This document shows positions 10,846 to 20,637 of a stretch of DNA of 64,000 bases, in pieces; position 1 is the stretch's first letter, and every line of letters begins with the position of its first letter. This DNA comes from a virus (lineage: Duplodnaviria > Caudoviricetes): the IMG/VR virus record IMGVR_UViG_2757320919_000001, positions 70,928-134,927 of that record; one strand, 5' to 3'. The notes under the pieces are model-generated. The model was not told the origin of the DNA. It did no database searches and was given only the letters and a program-made list of their open reading frames with translations. Both the position numbers and the translations under genes were made by a program.

Positions 10846-11322
10846 TTATCCAAATATATATTTTAATAAAGCTAACAAAGTAAATATAGGAATACATAAC
10901 CAAACAGCACCCATAAAGGTTTTTGCGTGGGTTTCAGCTAATTTTTCTAACTTTCTTTCTTCTTGATAATGTTTTTGTATAAGGCTAACATTATTCCAAT
11001 AACCATTTTCATTATAGTACTCAAGTCTGTTAATTATAAACCTAACTTTTCCTTTAGATAAATTTAATTTAATTTCTTTTTCAGGTTTGTCTATTGAATT
11101 AGCTCCATAATTTCTAAAATCCCAATAAACATCTTCTGATATCTTAAAAGAATATGATTTAAAATTAGTCAATTCGTCTTCTAATAATTTTCTATAGAAT
11201 TTATCTTCATAGTCTATTGAAATTAAATTCATCAACACTTGTAACTCTAAATTACTCAGGTCTTTTTTAGAATGAAAAAGTATAAAATCAGCTAAATCTT
11301 TTGATTTTATTTTACTCATCAT
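10846..11322 (-). CDS. hypothetical membrane-anchored protein, degenerate Panacea/DUF4065-like N-terminus
   Basis: DLADFIL..LSNLELQVLM pattern; C-terminal hydrophobic helix. Confidence 0.45.
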   Translation of the reverse strand: MMSKIKSKDLADFILFHSKKDLSNLELQVLMNLISIDYEDKFYRKLLEDELTNFKSYSFKISEDVYWDFRNYGANSIDKPEKEIKLNLSKGKVRFIINRLEYYNENGYWNNVSLIQKHYQEERKLEKLAETHAKTFMGAVWLCIPIFTLLALLKYIFG

Positions 11323-11978
11323 TATTCCTTTATAATACTTTTAAACAAAGTCTGCTTATGTAATTCTGGCAAAGATTCATAAACTTTATTAGCTAATATT
11401 CTTATTTCATGTAAAGCATGATTAGACGACCTTAACTCTAAGAAGTTTCTTAAACTTCTAGCATTTATAGTCCAGTATAAATTTGTTCTAAATGCTTCTG
11501 GTAAAGCATATTTTACAACATCATTACTCTTATTTTGTTTTACTAGTCTTAATAAATTATCCAAATTAGATAATATTTGTAAATTAGATTCTAAGTCTTC
11601 AGTCAAAACTACATATTTAGAAGCTCTATCAAAGTCTTGTTCATATTTGAATTCTTCTTCATTTTTTAAATGTTTTTTCAAAGTATATCTAGTACTTTCT
11701 ACGCTAAGACTTGCATGTCTGTGTCTAGCTAACTCTTGGAGACACGCTCTACTAATACCTTTTATAAAAAAATTGTAATATACATGTTCTATTGTACTAA
11801 GGTGCTTATGATGATTAACAATTCTATCTAATAATGCTTTATCTTGGTTACCTAAAACTAATCTACCATTTTCATAGACACTGTCTTTTTTGCATCCACT
11901 ATCCCAACAAGTCCTTATAGCGTCTATTGTTATTTCTAATGGTGTATGATGTAATAATTTTACTTCTATGTTTTTCAT
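11322..11978 (-). CDS. thyX: flavin-dependent thymidylate synthase
   Basis: H.STIEH, SRACLQELARHRHASLSVESTRY, NARSLRNFLELR. Confidence 0.95.
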   Translation of the reverse strand: MKNIEVKLLHHTPLEITIDAIRTCWDSGCKKDSVYENGRLVLGNQDKALLDRIVNHHKHLSTIEHVYYNFFIKGISRACLQELARHRHASLSVESTRYTLKKHLKNEEEFKYEQDFDRASKYVVLTEDLESNLQILSNLDNLLRLVKQNKSNDVVKYALPEAFRTNLYWTINARSLRNFLELRSSNHALHEIRILANKVYESLPELHKQTLFKSIIKE

Positions 11979-12187
11979 GATTATAATCCTTTCTTACCTT
12001 TAAAATGTAAAAAACATTCCAAATACAATTATTCCAATATTATAAAGTGATAAGTGTAATTATTTATATATGTTACTTTTTAAATTTATGTTATTGTATA
12101 ATAAAACTGCTTAAAATTATCTTAAACTAACTAAGCATAATTTAAGTAAAAATTATATATAATATGGAAATTACTTGAAAGGACATT

Positions 12188-13957
12188 ATGAATGTAACTG
12201 AAAAGTTAAAGTTTTTAAATGATTTAGGATACGAAGTTATATCAGAAAACTTGGGCAAACAACTACAGGTAAAATGTAAAAATGGTCATGTTATAACCAG
12301 ACAATTCTATGAATATATTCGTGGTAATACTGGCTGTGGCGAATGTGATTATCAGGCAAAATTAAACCTGATAAAATCATATGGTTTTGAAGTTATATCT
12401 AGTAATGTTGGTAATGACATGAAGTTAAAATGTGTTAATGGTCATATATTTTCAAGGGCATATAAAGTATTTGTTAAGGGCGCTACAACTTGTCCAGAAT
12501 GTAATACAAATAACATACTAGATCAATATAAACAATTAGGTGTAACATTAATCAACAAATCATCAAAACAACTTACTTTACAATGCAGCAAAGGTCACAC
12601 TTACACTTGTACTACAATAACAGCACAACACAAATGCCCCATTTGTATTAGAAATGAATATTCATCTTTTATGGAAGCACTTGGTTATGAAATTATATCA
12701 GAAAAATTAGGTAATGATCTTAGAGTAAAATGTAAAAATGGTCACATATTTAGTAGAACCTTTGATAATTTTAAGAATGGCCATAATACTTGTCCAGAAT
12801 GTGAAAAAATATCAAGAATACAATTTATTGAAAGTAATGGGTTTAAATTAATATCAGAAAATGTCGGTGCTAATATGGTTGTTAAATGCAAGAACGGACA
12901 TACTATACATAAGAAATACACAGCGTTTAAAGCACATCCAACATGTAGTATATGTCAAAGAAATGAGAGAATGGAATTATTAAAACAATATAATTTACAA
13001 CCTATTACTGATAATCTTGGTAATGAATTAATTGTTGAGTGTGAAAACGGGCATACATTTAAAAGATATTTCAACAATATCAAAAAAGGATCTACAAAAT
13101 GCCCTATCTGTTATCCATATATTAGTTCATTCGAATCAGAGATTGAAAACTTGCTAAGTGACTATGTTAAAAATGATAGGAATGTATTGAATGGTAGGGA
13201 GTTAGATTTTTATATACCATCAGTAAATTTAGCAATAGAGTGTAATGGAGACTACTGGCACTCAGAAAGTAATGGTAGAGGCAAAAATTATCATTTGGCA
13301 AAAACCAATATGTGTAATTTAAAAGGTATAAATTTATTGCATATATTTGAAAGTTCATGGGAAGCTAATAAGCATATTTGGATGAGTATAATCAACAATA
13401 AGTTGGGCAAATCAGAAAAAATAATGGCTAGAAAGTGTGTTATAAAGAATGTATCTAAGTATGATGAAAGATTATTTTTAGAAAATAATCATTTACAAGG
13501 ATTTGCTGGGAGTTCAATTTGTTATGGATTATATTTTAATAATGAGTTAGTTTGTTTAATGAGTTTTGGTAAACCAAGATTTACTAACAAATATGATTGG
13601 GAGTTGATCAGGCTATGTACAAAAATGGGATTAAACATTATAGGTGGTGCTAGTAAGTTACTTAGTTGTTTTCATAAAAATCACCCAGGCTCATTAATAA
13701 GTTATTCAGATAGGCTATATTCTGATGGTTCTGTTTATAAACAATTGGGATTCGAATTTAGCCACTATTCAGCACCTGGATATTTTTATGTTAAAGGTGG
13801 TAGTACTTATACTAGGTATCAATTTATGAAACATAAACTCAAAGACAAGCTAGAGAAATTTGATCCAAACTTGACTGAATCAGAGAATATGAGATTAAAT
13901 GGGTATCATAAAGTATGGGATTGCGGTCAAGGTGTTTGGGTAAAGGATATTAAATGA
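12188..13957 (+). CDS. Hef-like endonuclease, 6 zinc-ribbon repeats
   Basis: same architecture as 7692 paralog. Confidence 0.85.
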   Translation: MNVTEKLKFLNDLGYEVISENLGKQLQVKCKNGHVITRQFYEYIRGNTGCGECDYQAKLNLIKSYGFEVISSNVGNDMKLKCVNGHIFSRAYKVFVKGATTCPECNTNNILDQYKQLGVTLINKSSKQLTLQCSKGHTYTCTTITAQHKCPICIRNEYSSFMEALGYEIISEKLGNDLRVKCKNGHIFSRTFDNFKNGHNTCPECEKISRIQFIESNGFKLISENVGANMVVKCKNGHTIHKKYTAFKAHPTCSICQRNERMELLKQYNLQPITDNLGNELIVECENGHTFKRYFNNIKKGSTKCPICYPYISSFESEIENLLSDYVKNDRNVLNGRELDFYIPSVNLAIECNGDYWHSESNGRGKNYHLAKTNMCNLKGINLLHIFESSWEANKHIWMSIINNKLGKSEKIMARKCVIKNVSKYDERLFLENNHLQGFAGSSICYGLYFNNELVCLMSFGKPRFTNKYDWELIRLCTKMGLNIIGGASKLLSCFHKNHPGSLISYSDRLYSDGSVYKQLGFEFSHYSAPGYFYVKGGSTYTRYQFMKHKLKDKLEKFDPNLTESENMRLNGYHKVWDCGQGVWVKDIK

Positions 13958-15399
13958 ATGATAAAATAAAGTTTTTAAATGATTTAGGATATGAAGTAGT
14001 GTCAGATGATTTGTCCAAAAATCTTATAGTTAGATGTAAAAACGGACACGAGTTTAAAAGAAGGTTTTATGATTTTCAGCGTGGCACTATAATATGTATA
14101 CAATGTGATCATAACTCTAAATTATTTTATTTAAACTCATTAGGATATTCAGTAAAATCTAAACTAATAAACAATGACCTAGAAGTTATATGTAAAAATG
14201 GACATTCTTTTAAGCGTGCATGGAGTGAGTTTAAAAATGGAAATATAAAATGTGCAATGTGTTATGAACAGCACAAAATAGACTTTTTAAACAAACTTGG
14301 ATACACAATACTTGATATTAATAAAATTAAAGTAAAATGTAAACATGGACATGTTTTTGATAGAGTATGGAGTCATTTTAACAGTGGAGTGGTAGAGTGT
14401 AAACAATGCAAGAATAGTATAAAAATAGAATATATGAAGCTTGCAGAGCTTGAACCAATTAGTGAAAATATAGCTGATGGTTTAGAATTAAAATGTAAAA
14501 ATGGGCATGTTTTTAAAAGAACATTTAGTAATCTAAAGAAATGTAATGTATGCCCTATATGTCACTCTAATATTAGCTCATTTGAAAAAGAATTAAAAGA
14601 AATACTCCCAAAATGTATAGAAAATGATTACTCAGTACTAGGTGATAAAGAACTAGATTTTTATTTGCCAGAATATAACTTAGCAATAGAATGTAATGGT
14701 GATTACTGGCATTCTGAGCAAATGGGTAAAAATAATAGTTATCATTTGGATAAAACAGAAAAGTGTAGGGAGAAAGGAATTCAGCTTTTACAAATATTCG
14801 AGTCATCTTGGATAGAGAAAAAAGATATATGGAAGTCAATTATAAACAACAAATTAGGAAAATCAAAAAAGATAATGGCTAGAAAATGCATTTTAAAAGA
14901 AGTACCTAAGACAGAAGAGAAAGAGTTTTTAGACACAAATCATCTCCAAGGATTTACTGGATCAACTGTGTGTTATGGACTTTATTACCAAGATGAATTA
15001 GTTTGCTTAATGTCATTCGGAAAACCTAGATTTACAGGTAGGTATGACTGGGAGTTAATTAGATTATGTACTAAGAAGAACACAAATGTTATAGGTGGTG
15101 CTTCTAAATTACTTAGTTATTTCCATAAAAATAATAAAGGTAGTATTATTAGTTACTCAGATAGACTTTACTCTGATGGATCAATTTATAAACAATTAGG
15201 GTTCGAATTTAGTCATTATTCAGCACCTGGATATTTTTATTGTAAAAACAAAATAAAGTATCCAAGACAACAATTTATGAAACATAAACTCAAAGACAAG
15301 CTAGAGAAATTTGATCCAAACTTGACTGAATCAGAGAATATGAGATTAAATGGGTATCATAAAGTATGGGATTGTGGGCAAGGGGTATGGGTTAAATAG
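13954..15399 (+). CDS. Hef-like endonuclease, 4 zinc-ribbon repeats
   Basis: same architecture; ATGA overlap with previous copy. Confidence 0.85.
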   Translation: MNDKIKFLNDLGYEVVSDDLSKNLIVRCKNGHEFKRRFYDFQRGTIICIQCDHNSKLFYLNSLGYSVKSKLINNDLEVICKNGHSFKRAWSEFKNGNIKCAMCYEQHKIDFLNKLGYTILDINKIKVKCKHGHVFDRVWSHFNSGVVECKQCKNSIKIEYMKLAELEPISENIADGLELKCKNGHVFKRTFSNLKKCNVCPICHSNISSFEKELKEILPKCIENDYSVLGDKELDFYLPEYNLAIECNGDYWHSEQMGKNNSYHLDKTEKCREKGIQLLQIFESSWIEKKDIWKSIINNKLGKSKKIMARKCILKEVPKTEEKEFLDTNHLQGFTGSTVCYGLYYQDELVCLMSFGKPRFTGRYDWELIRLCTKKNTNVIGGASKLLSYFHKNNKGSIISYSDRLYSDGSIYKQLGFEFSHYSAPGYFYCKNKIKYPRQQFMKHKLKDKLEKFDPNLTESENMRLNGYHKVWDCGQGVWVK

Positions 15400-15414
15400 A
15401 ATGAAGGATAAAAA

Positions 15415-17238
15415 ATGACATTAGATGAGAAAATAGAATTTATTAAAAGTGTTGGGTTTGATATTATTGCACATAAGTCTAATAGTATAACATTACAATG
15501 TAATTATGGGCATGTTTTTAACAAGAAAGTAAGCAATATCATACCAAACACAAATATAATTTGTGATAAATGTGTTGTTATGTCTAAAGAAAAAACACTA
15601 AGGGAACTTGGATTTACACCTTTGTTAATAAACGGTGATAAATGCACTGTAAAATGTGATAAATGTAATCACATTTTTAATAGAACTTGGTATGCTTTTA
15701 ATACTCGTAAAAACACAAAGTGCCCTGAATGTGTTGAAGCAGAAAGATGGAATAACATAAATTTCCATTTAAATAACATGAAAGTGTCATACATTTCTGA
15801 TATACAAGGTAATTATACATTACAATGTAAAAATGGTCATATTTTTAAACAAGGTATAGCAGAAATCATTAAAGAAGTTGGATGTTATCAGTGTGAAGTA
15901 GAATACAGAAAAGAGTATATAAGGAATCTTAATTTTACTATTATTGAATATAATAGTAAAATATTCAATGTGAAATGCAATAAATGTAATCATGTTTTTA
16001 TTAGAGACTGGAATGGCTTTTATAATAGAAAATATACAACATGTCCTAATTGTATAGAAATAGAAAAGAAAAACCTAGCTAAAAAGCATGGATTTACTCT
16101 CACTGACACAAAATGTGATAATGACACAAGAGAGTTTATATGTGATAAATGTAATACAACATTTAAAAGAGGGTGGTCAAGTTTTACATCAAGAGGGAAT
16201 AAGGAATGCTATAATTGCAAGCAACTCAGTAGAATAAATTTAGCAAAGTCATATGGGTTGGATATCATAAATGAAAATATTACTTCAAAATATACTTTTA
16301 AATGTGATAAGGGACATGTTTTTGAAAGACCTTTCACTGTTGTAGAAAATAAAAATCAAACAAAATGCCCTATTTGTTACCCTAGAACCTCAAACTTTGA
16401 AATAGAGGTTAAAAATTTCTTAACAGAATTATGTATAAAATATATCCAAAATGACAGAAATATATTAGATGGATTAGAATTAGATTTTTATTTACCAGAT
16501 TATAATCTAGCAATTGAATGTAATGGAGATTACTGGCATTCGGATAGTGTTATTAGTGATAAAAAATACCATTTAAATAAAACTCTGAAGTGTAATTCAC
16601 AAGAAATACAATTATTACACATATTTGAAAGTAACTGGATAAAGAATAGAAACATTTGGGAATCTATTATTAAAAATAAATTAGGGTTGAGCTTTAAAAT
16701 ATATGCTAGAAAATGTGAAATTAAAGAAGTTAATAAAATAGAGGAAAAAGAATTTCTTAATAAAAACCATTTGCAAGGATTTACTGGTTCTGCTGTTTGT
16801 TATGGGCTATATTACCAAAATGAACTTGTTGAACTTATGTCATTTGGTAGATCAAGATTTAATAAAAACATATCATGGGAATTGATAAGGTTATGCACTA
16901 AAATAAATGTTAATGTAATAGGTGGTGCATCTAGGTTATTGAAGATATTTGAAAACAATTATCCAAACCAGACCTTATTATCTTATTCTAATAACTTATA
17001 TTCTAATGGTAAAATATACAATACATTAGGGTTTGAGTTTAGTCACACATCTAGTCCAGGTTATTTTTACTATAAGAATGGTATGACTTATGACAGACAA
17101 CAATTTATGAAGCATAAACTTAATAGTAAATTAGAAAAGTTTGATCCAAACTTGACTGAATCAGAAAATATGAAATTGAATGGATTTTATAGAGTGTGGG
17201 ATTGTGGTCAGGGTGTTTGGGTTAAAGGTAGCATTTGA
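15415..17238 (+). CDS. Hef-like endonuclease, 6 zinc-ribbon repeats (mixed CxxxH/CxxC types)
   Basis: same architecture, more diverged. Confidence 0.85.
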   Translation: MTLDEKIEFIKSVGFDIIAHKSNSITLQCNYGHVFNKKVSNIIPNTNIICDKCVVMSKEKTLRELGFTPLLINGDKCTVKCDKCNHIFNRTWYAFNTRKNTKCPECVEAERWNNINFHLNNMKVSYISDIQGNYTLQCKNGHIFKQGIAEIIKEVGCYQCEVEYRKEYIRNLNFTIIEYNSKIFNVKCNKCNHVFIRDWNGFYNRKYTTCPNCIEIEKKNLAKKHGFTLTDTKCDNDTREFICDKCNTTFKRGWSSFTSRGNKECYNCKQLSRINLAKSYGLDIINENITSKYTFKCDKGHVFERPFTVVENKNQTKCPICYPRTSNFEIEVKNFLTELCIKYIQNDRNILDGLELDFYLPDYNLAIECNGDYWHSDSVISDKKYHLNKTLKCNSQEIQLLHIFESNWIKNRNIWESIIKNKLGLSFKIYARKCEIKEVNKIEEKEFLNKNHLQGFTGSAVCYGLYYQNELVELMSFGRSRFNKNISWELIRLCTKINVNVIGGASRLLKIFENNYPNQTLLSYSNNLYSNGKIYNTLGFEFSHTSSPGYFYYKNGMTYDRQQFMKHKLNSKLEKFDPNLTESENMKLNGFYRVWDCGQGVWVKGSI

Positions 17239-17249
17239 GCTACCTTTAA
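17222..17249. terminator. bidirectional hairpin between convergent hef and sheath genes
   Basis: TTAAAGGTAGC/GCTACCTTTAA 11-bp stem. Confidence 0.6.
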
Positions 17250-17252
17250 TAT

Positions 17253-19163
17253 TTAAATTGAGCCTATTGCTTCTTCAAAACTAATTGTAGCACCAACAGC
17301 GACGAAATTAAGTGTGATAAATTCTATTGCATAAGTCGGTTTGATTAAGAAAGATGCAATAAATTGATTATTGGATTTAACCAAAGGCGTGTTATTGCTA
17401 TCATCACATACTATTTTGAATGCATCTATACCGCGACCAGCTTGAACTTGAGTTAATAACGGAGAACACATACTTACAAACATATTTTGAGTATGAGTGT
17501 CATTTTGCTCAAACACAACATATCTGGCTGAGTTAGCTATATTTCTTTCAAGATAGTTAAACAACATTCTAACATTTACTCTATCAAATGCACTAGGTTT
17601 TTGAGTACAAGTTTTTTGTCCCCATAAACAAATTCCTAAACTTGGAAAACTAACAACAGGATTTATAGCACTTTTATATAAAAGATCTCTTTGTCCATTA
17701 TTAGGATTGAATGCCAGCTTGATAATATCTAAATATTGTCCTTGATTTAAACCAGCTGCAGCAAACCATGGCTGTCTTGCTTGATTTGTATAAGCTCTTA
17801 ATCCTGCTGTTGCACCAGCTAAGTTGATCCATCTATATTTGTCATTATACTTATCATATATATAACCATAATTTCCTATAAATGAAAAATACTTATTATC
17901 AATATTCATTTCACCAGTGCTTCTATACTCTAAAAGATTTTTAACACAATCCTCAGCTTTTAAACCAACAACTTCACCAAATGGAACACCACCATAACCT
18001 ATAACATCACCACGAGTTACACAAAAATCAGCACATTCTTTATTAGCCATTTCATTTGCAATAACAATATCAATGTCTATTTCTTCTTTTGAACTAAAAT
18101 TATCTGTATAACCACTAATAATATCAGCTTTTGTTGGAGCTCCATCTTCACCAAATTTAAGTGTTATTGTTTCAGAATCCAAAGCAGATTTTGGTAAATC
18201 AGTTATTGTAGTGTTATTTTTACAATAAACATAAGATGATTTTCTATTAATAACATCTTCAATATAATTAGATTTGTTATTATAATCTTTAGCACCTTCT
18301 TTAATTGAAACCATATATGTTTCTTTTATTTCGTTGTTTTCTAATATAATTACAGCAACTTGATCTGTATCTGGAACATATTCAAAATTATCATCTAATG
18401 GAATACCTTTGATAATATTTTTATTTGCTCCAAAATCAGCTTTTGTTGCAACTGCTACTTTAATGTTATTTCCCCAAGAACCAACTGATTTAGCAATAAA
18501 TTTTAATTTTGTTTCAGTGTCACTAAACTTAATAGAAGGTTCTAAAGTTTCATAAACATCATTATTAGGAATTATTTTAAGCGTTTCTTTTAGTTTAGCA
18601 TCTGTTATAGTATTACTTGAACCAGTTTTTAAAACTTCACCTGTTGCATTCATTGATGGATAACAAATATAAATCTTTGAAGAGTTACCAGTACCATCAC
18701 CTGTTTGTATTTCTGGAGTGAAAGTTATTTTAGTATTAGCTTGAATGCTAGCAATAGTATAAACATTAGCATCAGTTTTTTCACCAAACATAATTTGTTG
18801 TCCAACATATAAACCTGTTGTATCTGCCAAGGTTATTTCTGTTGCTTTTTCACTTAATACAGCATTTATGGTTAAACCTGAATCTTTTCTTGTAGATTTT
18901 CCAAGTTTATCAATAGCTCTTACAACATATAGACTACCTGCTCTTCTTAAAAAACAATACGCTTGAAAAAAATCATTATAATTTGAATTTGTAGGTTTTC
19001 CAAATACACTTTCAAGTGTTGGAATATCATTTATGAAAACTGCACCATCACATGGACCTTTTGGAAAAATACCACAAAACGCTCCAAAACTAGATGAAGC
19101 ACTTGAAACCGTAAGAGATAAGTCAATTTCTTTAACTTCTACACCTGGACTTAGTAAAGCCAT
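17253..19163 (-). CDS. gp18: tail sheath protein
   Basis: MALLSPGVEVKEIDL, PWFAAAG, WGQKT, FDRVNVRMLF, IKPTYAIEFITLNF. Confidence 0.97.
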   Translation of the reverse strand: MALLSPGVEVKEIDLSLTVSSASSSFGAFCGIFPKGPCDGAVFINDIPTLESVFGKPTNSNYNDFFQAYCFLRRAGSLYVVRAIDKLGKSTRKDSGLTINAVLSEKATEITLADTTGLYVGQQIMFGEKTDANVYTIASIQANTKITFTPEIQTGDGTGNSSKIYICYPSMNATGEVLKTGSSNTITDAKLKETLKIIPNNDVYETLEPSIKFSDTETKLKFIAKSVGSWGNNIKVAVATKADFGANKNIIKGIPLDDNFEYVPDTDQVAVIILENNEIKETYMVSIKEGAKDYNNKSNYIEDVINRKSSYVYCKNNTTITDLPKSALDSETITLKFGEDGAPTKADIISGYTDNFSSKEEIDIDIVIANEMANKECADFCVTRGDVIGYGGVPFGEVVGLKAEDCVKNLLEYRSTGEMNIDNKYFSFIGNYGYIYDKYNDKYRWINLAGATAGLRAYTNQARQPWFAAAGLNQGQYLDIIKLAFNPNNGQRDLLYKSAINPVVSFPSLGICLWGQKTCTQKPSAFDRVNVRMLFNYLERNIANSARYVVFEQNDTHTQNMFVSMCSPLLTQVQAGRGIDAFKIVCDDSNNTPLVKSNNQFIASFLIKPTYAIEFITLNFVAVGATISFEEAIGSI

Positions 19164-19330
19164 TTTCTTTCCTTTAAATAAATCTAAAAAACAGCATATT
19201 TAAAATTTTTAAGTCTATTAAAGGAAATAAAATTAAACCTATATATTACTTAGTATAACTATCATCTTCTGAAACAGTTAGCAATATATAGTTATTTTAA
19301 ATAGATACTGTTTTCTAGTATCTATTTATA
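19164..19330 (-). promoter_or_regulatory. late promoter plus ~155-nt structured 5' leader of sheath gene
   Basis: TATAAATA 19323-19330; nested inverted repeats; anti-SD segment at 19218-19227. Confidence 0.55.
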
Positions 19331-19673
19331 AAAAATTATCATAGGCAGATTCATTAATTATTTTGGGGTATGATATTGTTATGTTTAGCTTGGGTTCTTC
19401 TAAATTATATAATATATTTACTTGATATAGTCTATCAAGTTTCATCTTAATGTTTACAGAATTTTTACCCCAAGATGATATTTTTATATTTCTTGTAAAG
19501 CTAACAAGAAGTTCTGTTTTTATATCTTTTATAATTTTATCCCATGACTCTGGAGACTCTTTAGTCCATAATGATATTTCTACATTATGTTCATCTTCTA
19601 TTGGATTTTGTTTAAAATAAATCCCATATTTTTTACCTATATTTAAAAGTATATTTAATAGTTTAGTTTCCAT
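19326..19673 (-). CDS. hypothetical protein
   Basis: ORF in operon-like run. Confidence 0.6.
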   Translation of the reverse strand: METKLLNILLNIGKKYGIYFKQNPIEDEHNVEISLWTKESPESWDKIIKDIKTELLVSFTRNIKISSWGKNSVNIKMKLDRLYQVNILYNLEEPKLNITISYPKIINESAYDNFL

Positions 19674-20616
19674 TTACCATATCCATGTTATAAGTTCTTC
19701 TACTAATTTCACCATATGATTTATGAATTGTTATGGAACTAATTGTACCAATTCCTCTTCTAAAACCACTATTAGAAGCCCATTTATTTAATGGTGCTAA
19801 ATTTCTAAAACTCTCACATCTACATAATGGTGTATCTATTACTTTATCAACATGGTAATGCCCAAAATATGCATACACATGTTTAGAGTGTACAAAGTTC
19901 TCTTTATTGTCAAATGCAATAATTTGTCCTACATCTTTCATCTTTATGTTATCACCATGAGTAAAAGCCATTAATACATTTCCAAATGAGTGATATTTAA
20001 TATTCATCAAAGACTCATCACAAATAACCCTTTTATTACCAGCAAAATGTTCTTTTATAATATATTGAACAGCCATAGATGGTAATATATCGTGATTACC
20101 TGGAATATTGATATAGTACACATATTTATGTTTTCCAAGTGCCTTATAGATCATGTTTATAATTGAATTATAAGCAACTGATAATATTTGTGGGAATTTT
20201 TTATCAACATCAAGTACATTCCCACTTCTTGGTGTTTTATGTGTAAAGTCATTAATATCAATTAAATCACCTAAATTACATATAATACATTCTTCTGTAT
20301 TATCAGCACCACTTATTAACTCTGTTGATAATTTGTCTAATGTTTTTGATGCTATATCTAAATTCCAATCACTATCACTAGTTTCTTCTTTTAGAGCTAA
20401 CATACCGAAATGCATATCAGAAATATTGTAAAGCGTTAATGAATTAGTATTTAAAGATTTTAATTTAGATACATTTTTAAGTGAATATTTTTTAAATTTT
20501 TTAGAAGCAAGTTTTATACTTTCAATAACCTCTTCAGATGGTATTGATTTTGGTACATTTTTTACCCATTGTAAAACAACCTTACCTTTGTCATTATATA
20601 ATGTTGATGTATTCAT
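19663..20616 (-). CDS. calcineurin-like metallophosphoesterase
   Basis: SDMHFG, LGDLID, PGNHD, THGD, GHYH motifs. Confidence 0.85.
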   Translation of the reverse strand: MNTSTLYNDKGKVVLQWVKNVPKSIPSEEVIESIKLASKKFKKYSLKNVSKLKSLNTNSLTLYNISDMHFGMLALKEETSDSDWNLDIASKTLDKLSTELISGADNTEECIICNLGDLIDINDFTHKTPRSGNVLDVDKKFPQILSVAYNSIINMIYKALGKHKYVYYINIPGNHDILPSMAVQYIIKEHFAGNKRVICDESLMNIKYHSFGNVLMAFTHGDNIKMKDVGQIIAFDNKENFVHSKHVYAYFGHYHVDKVIDTPLCRCESFRNLAPLNKWASNSGFRRGIGTISSITIHKSYGEISRRTYNMDMVNGN

Positions 20617-20637
20617 ATAAATCCTTTCAAGTTTATT

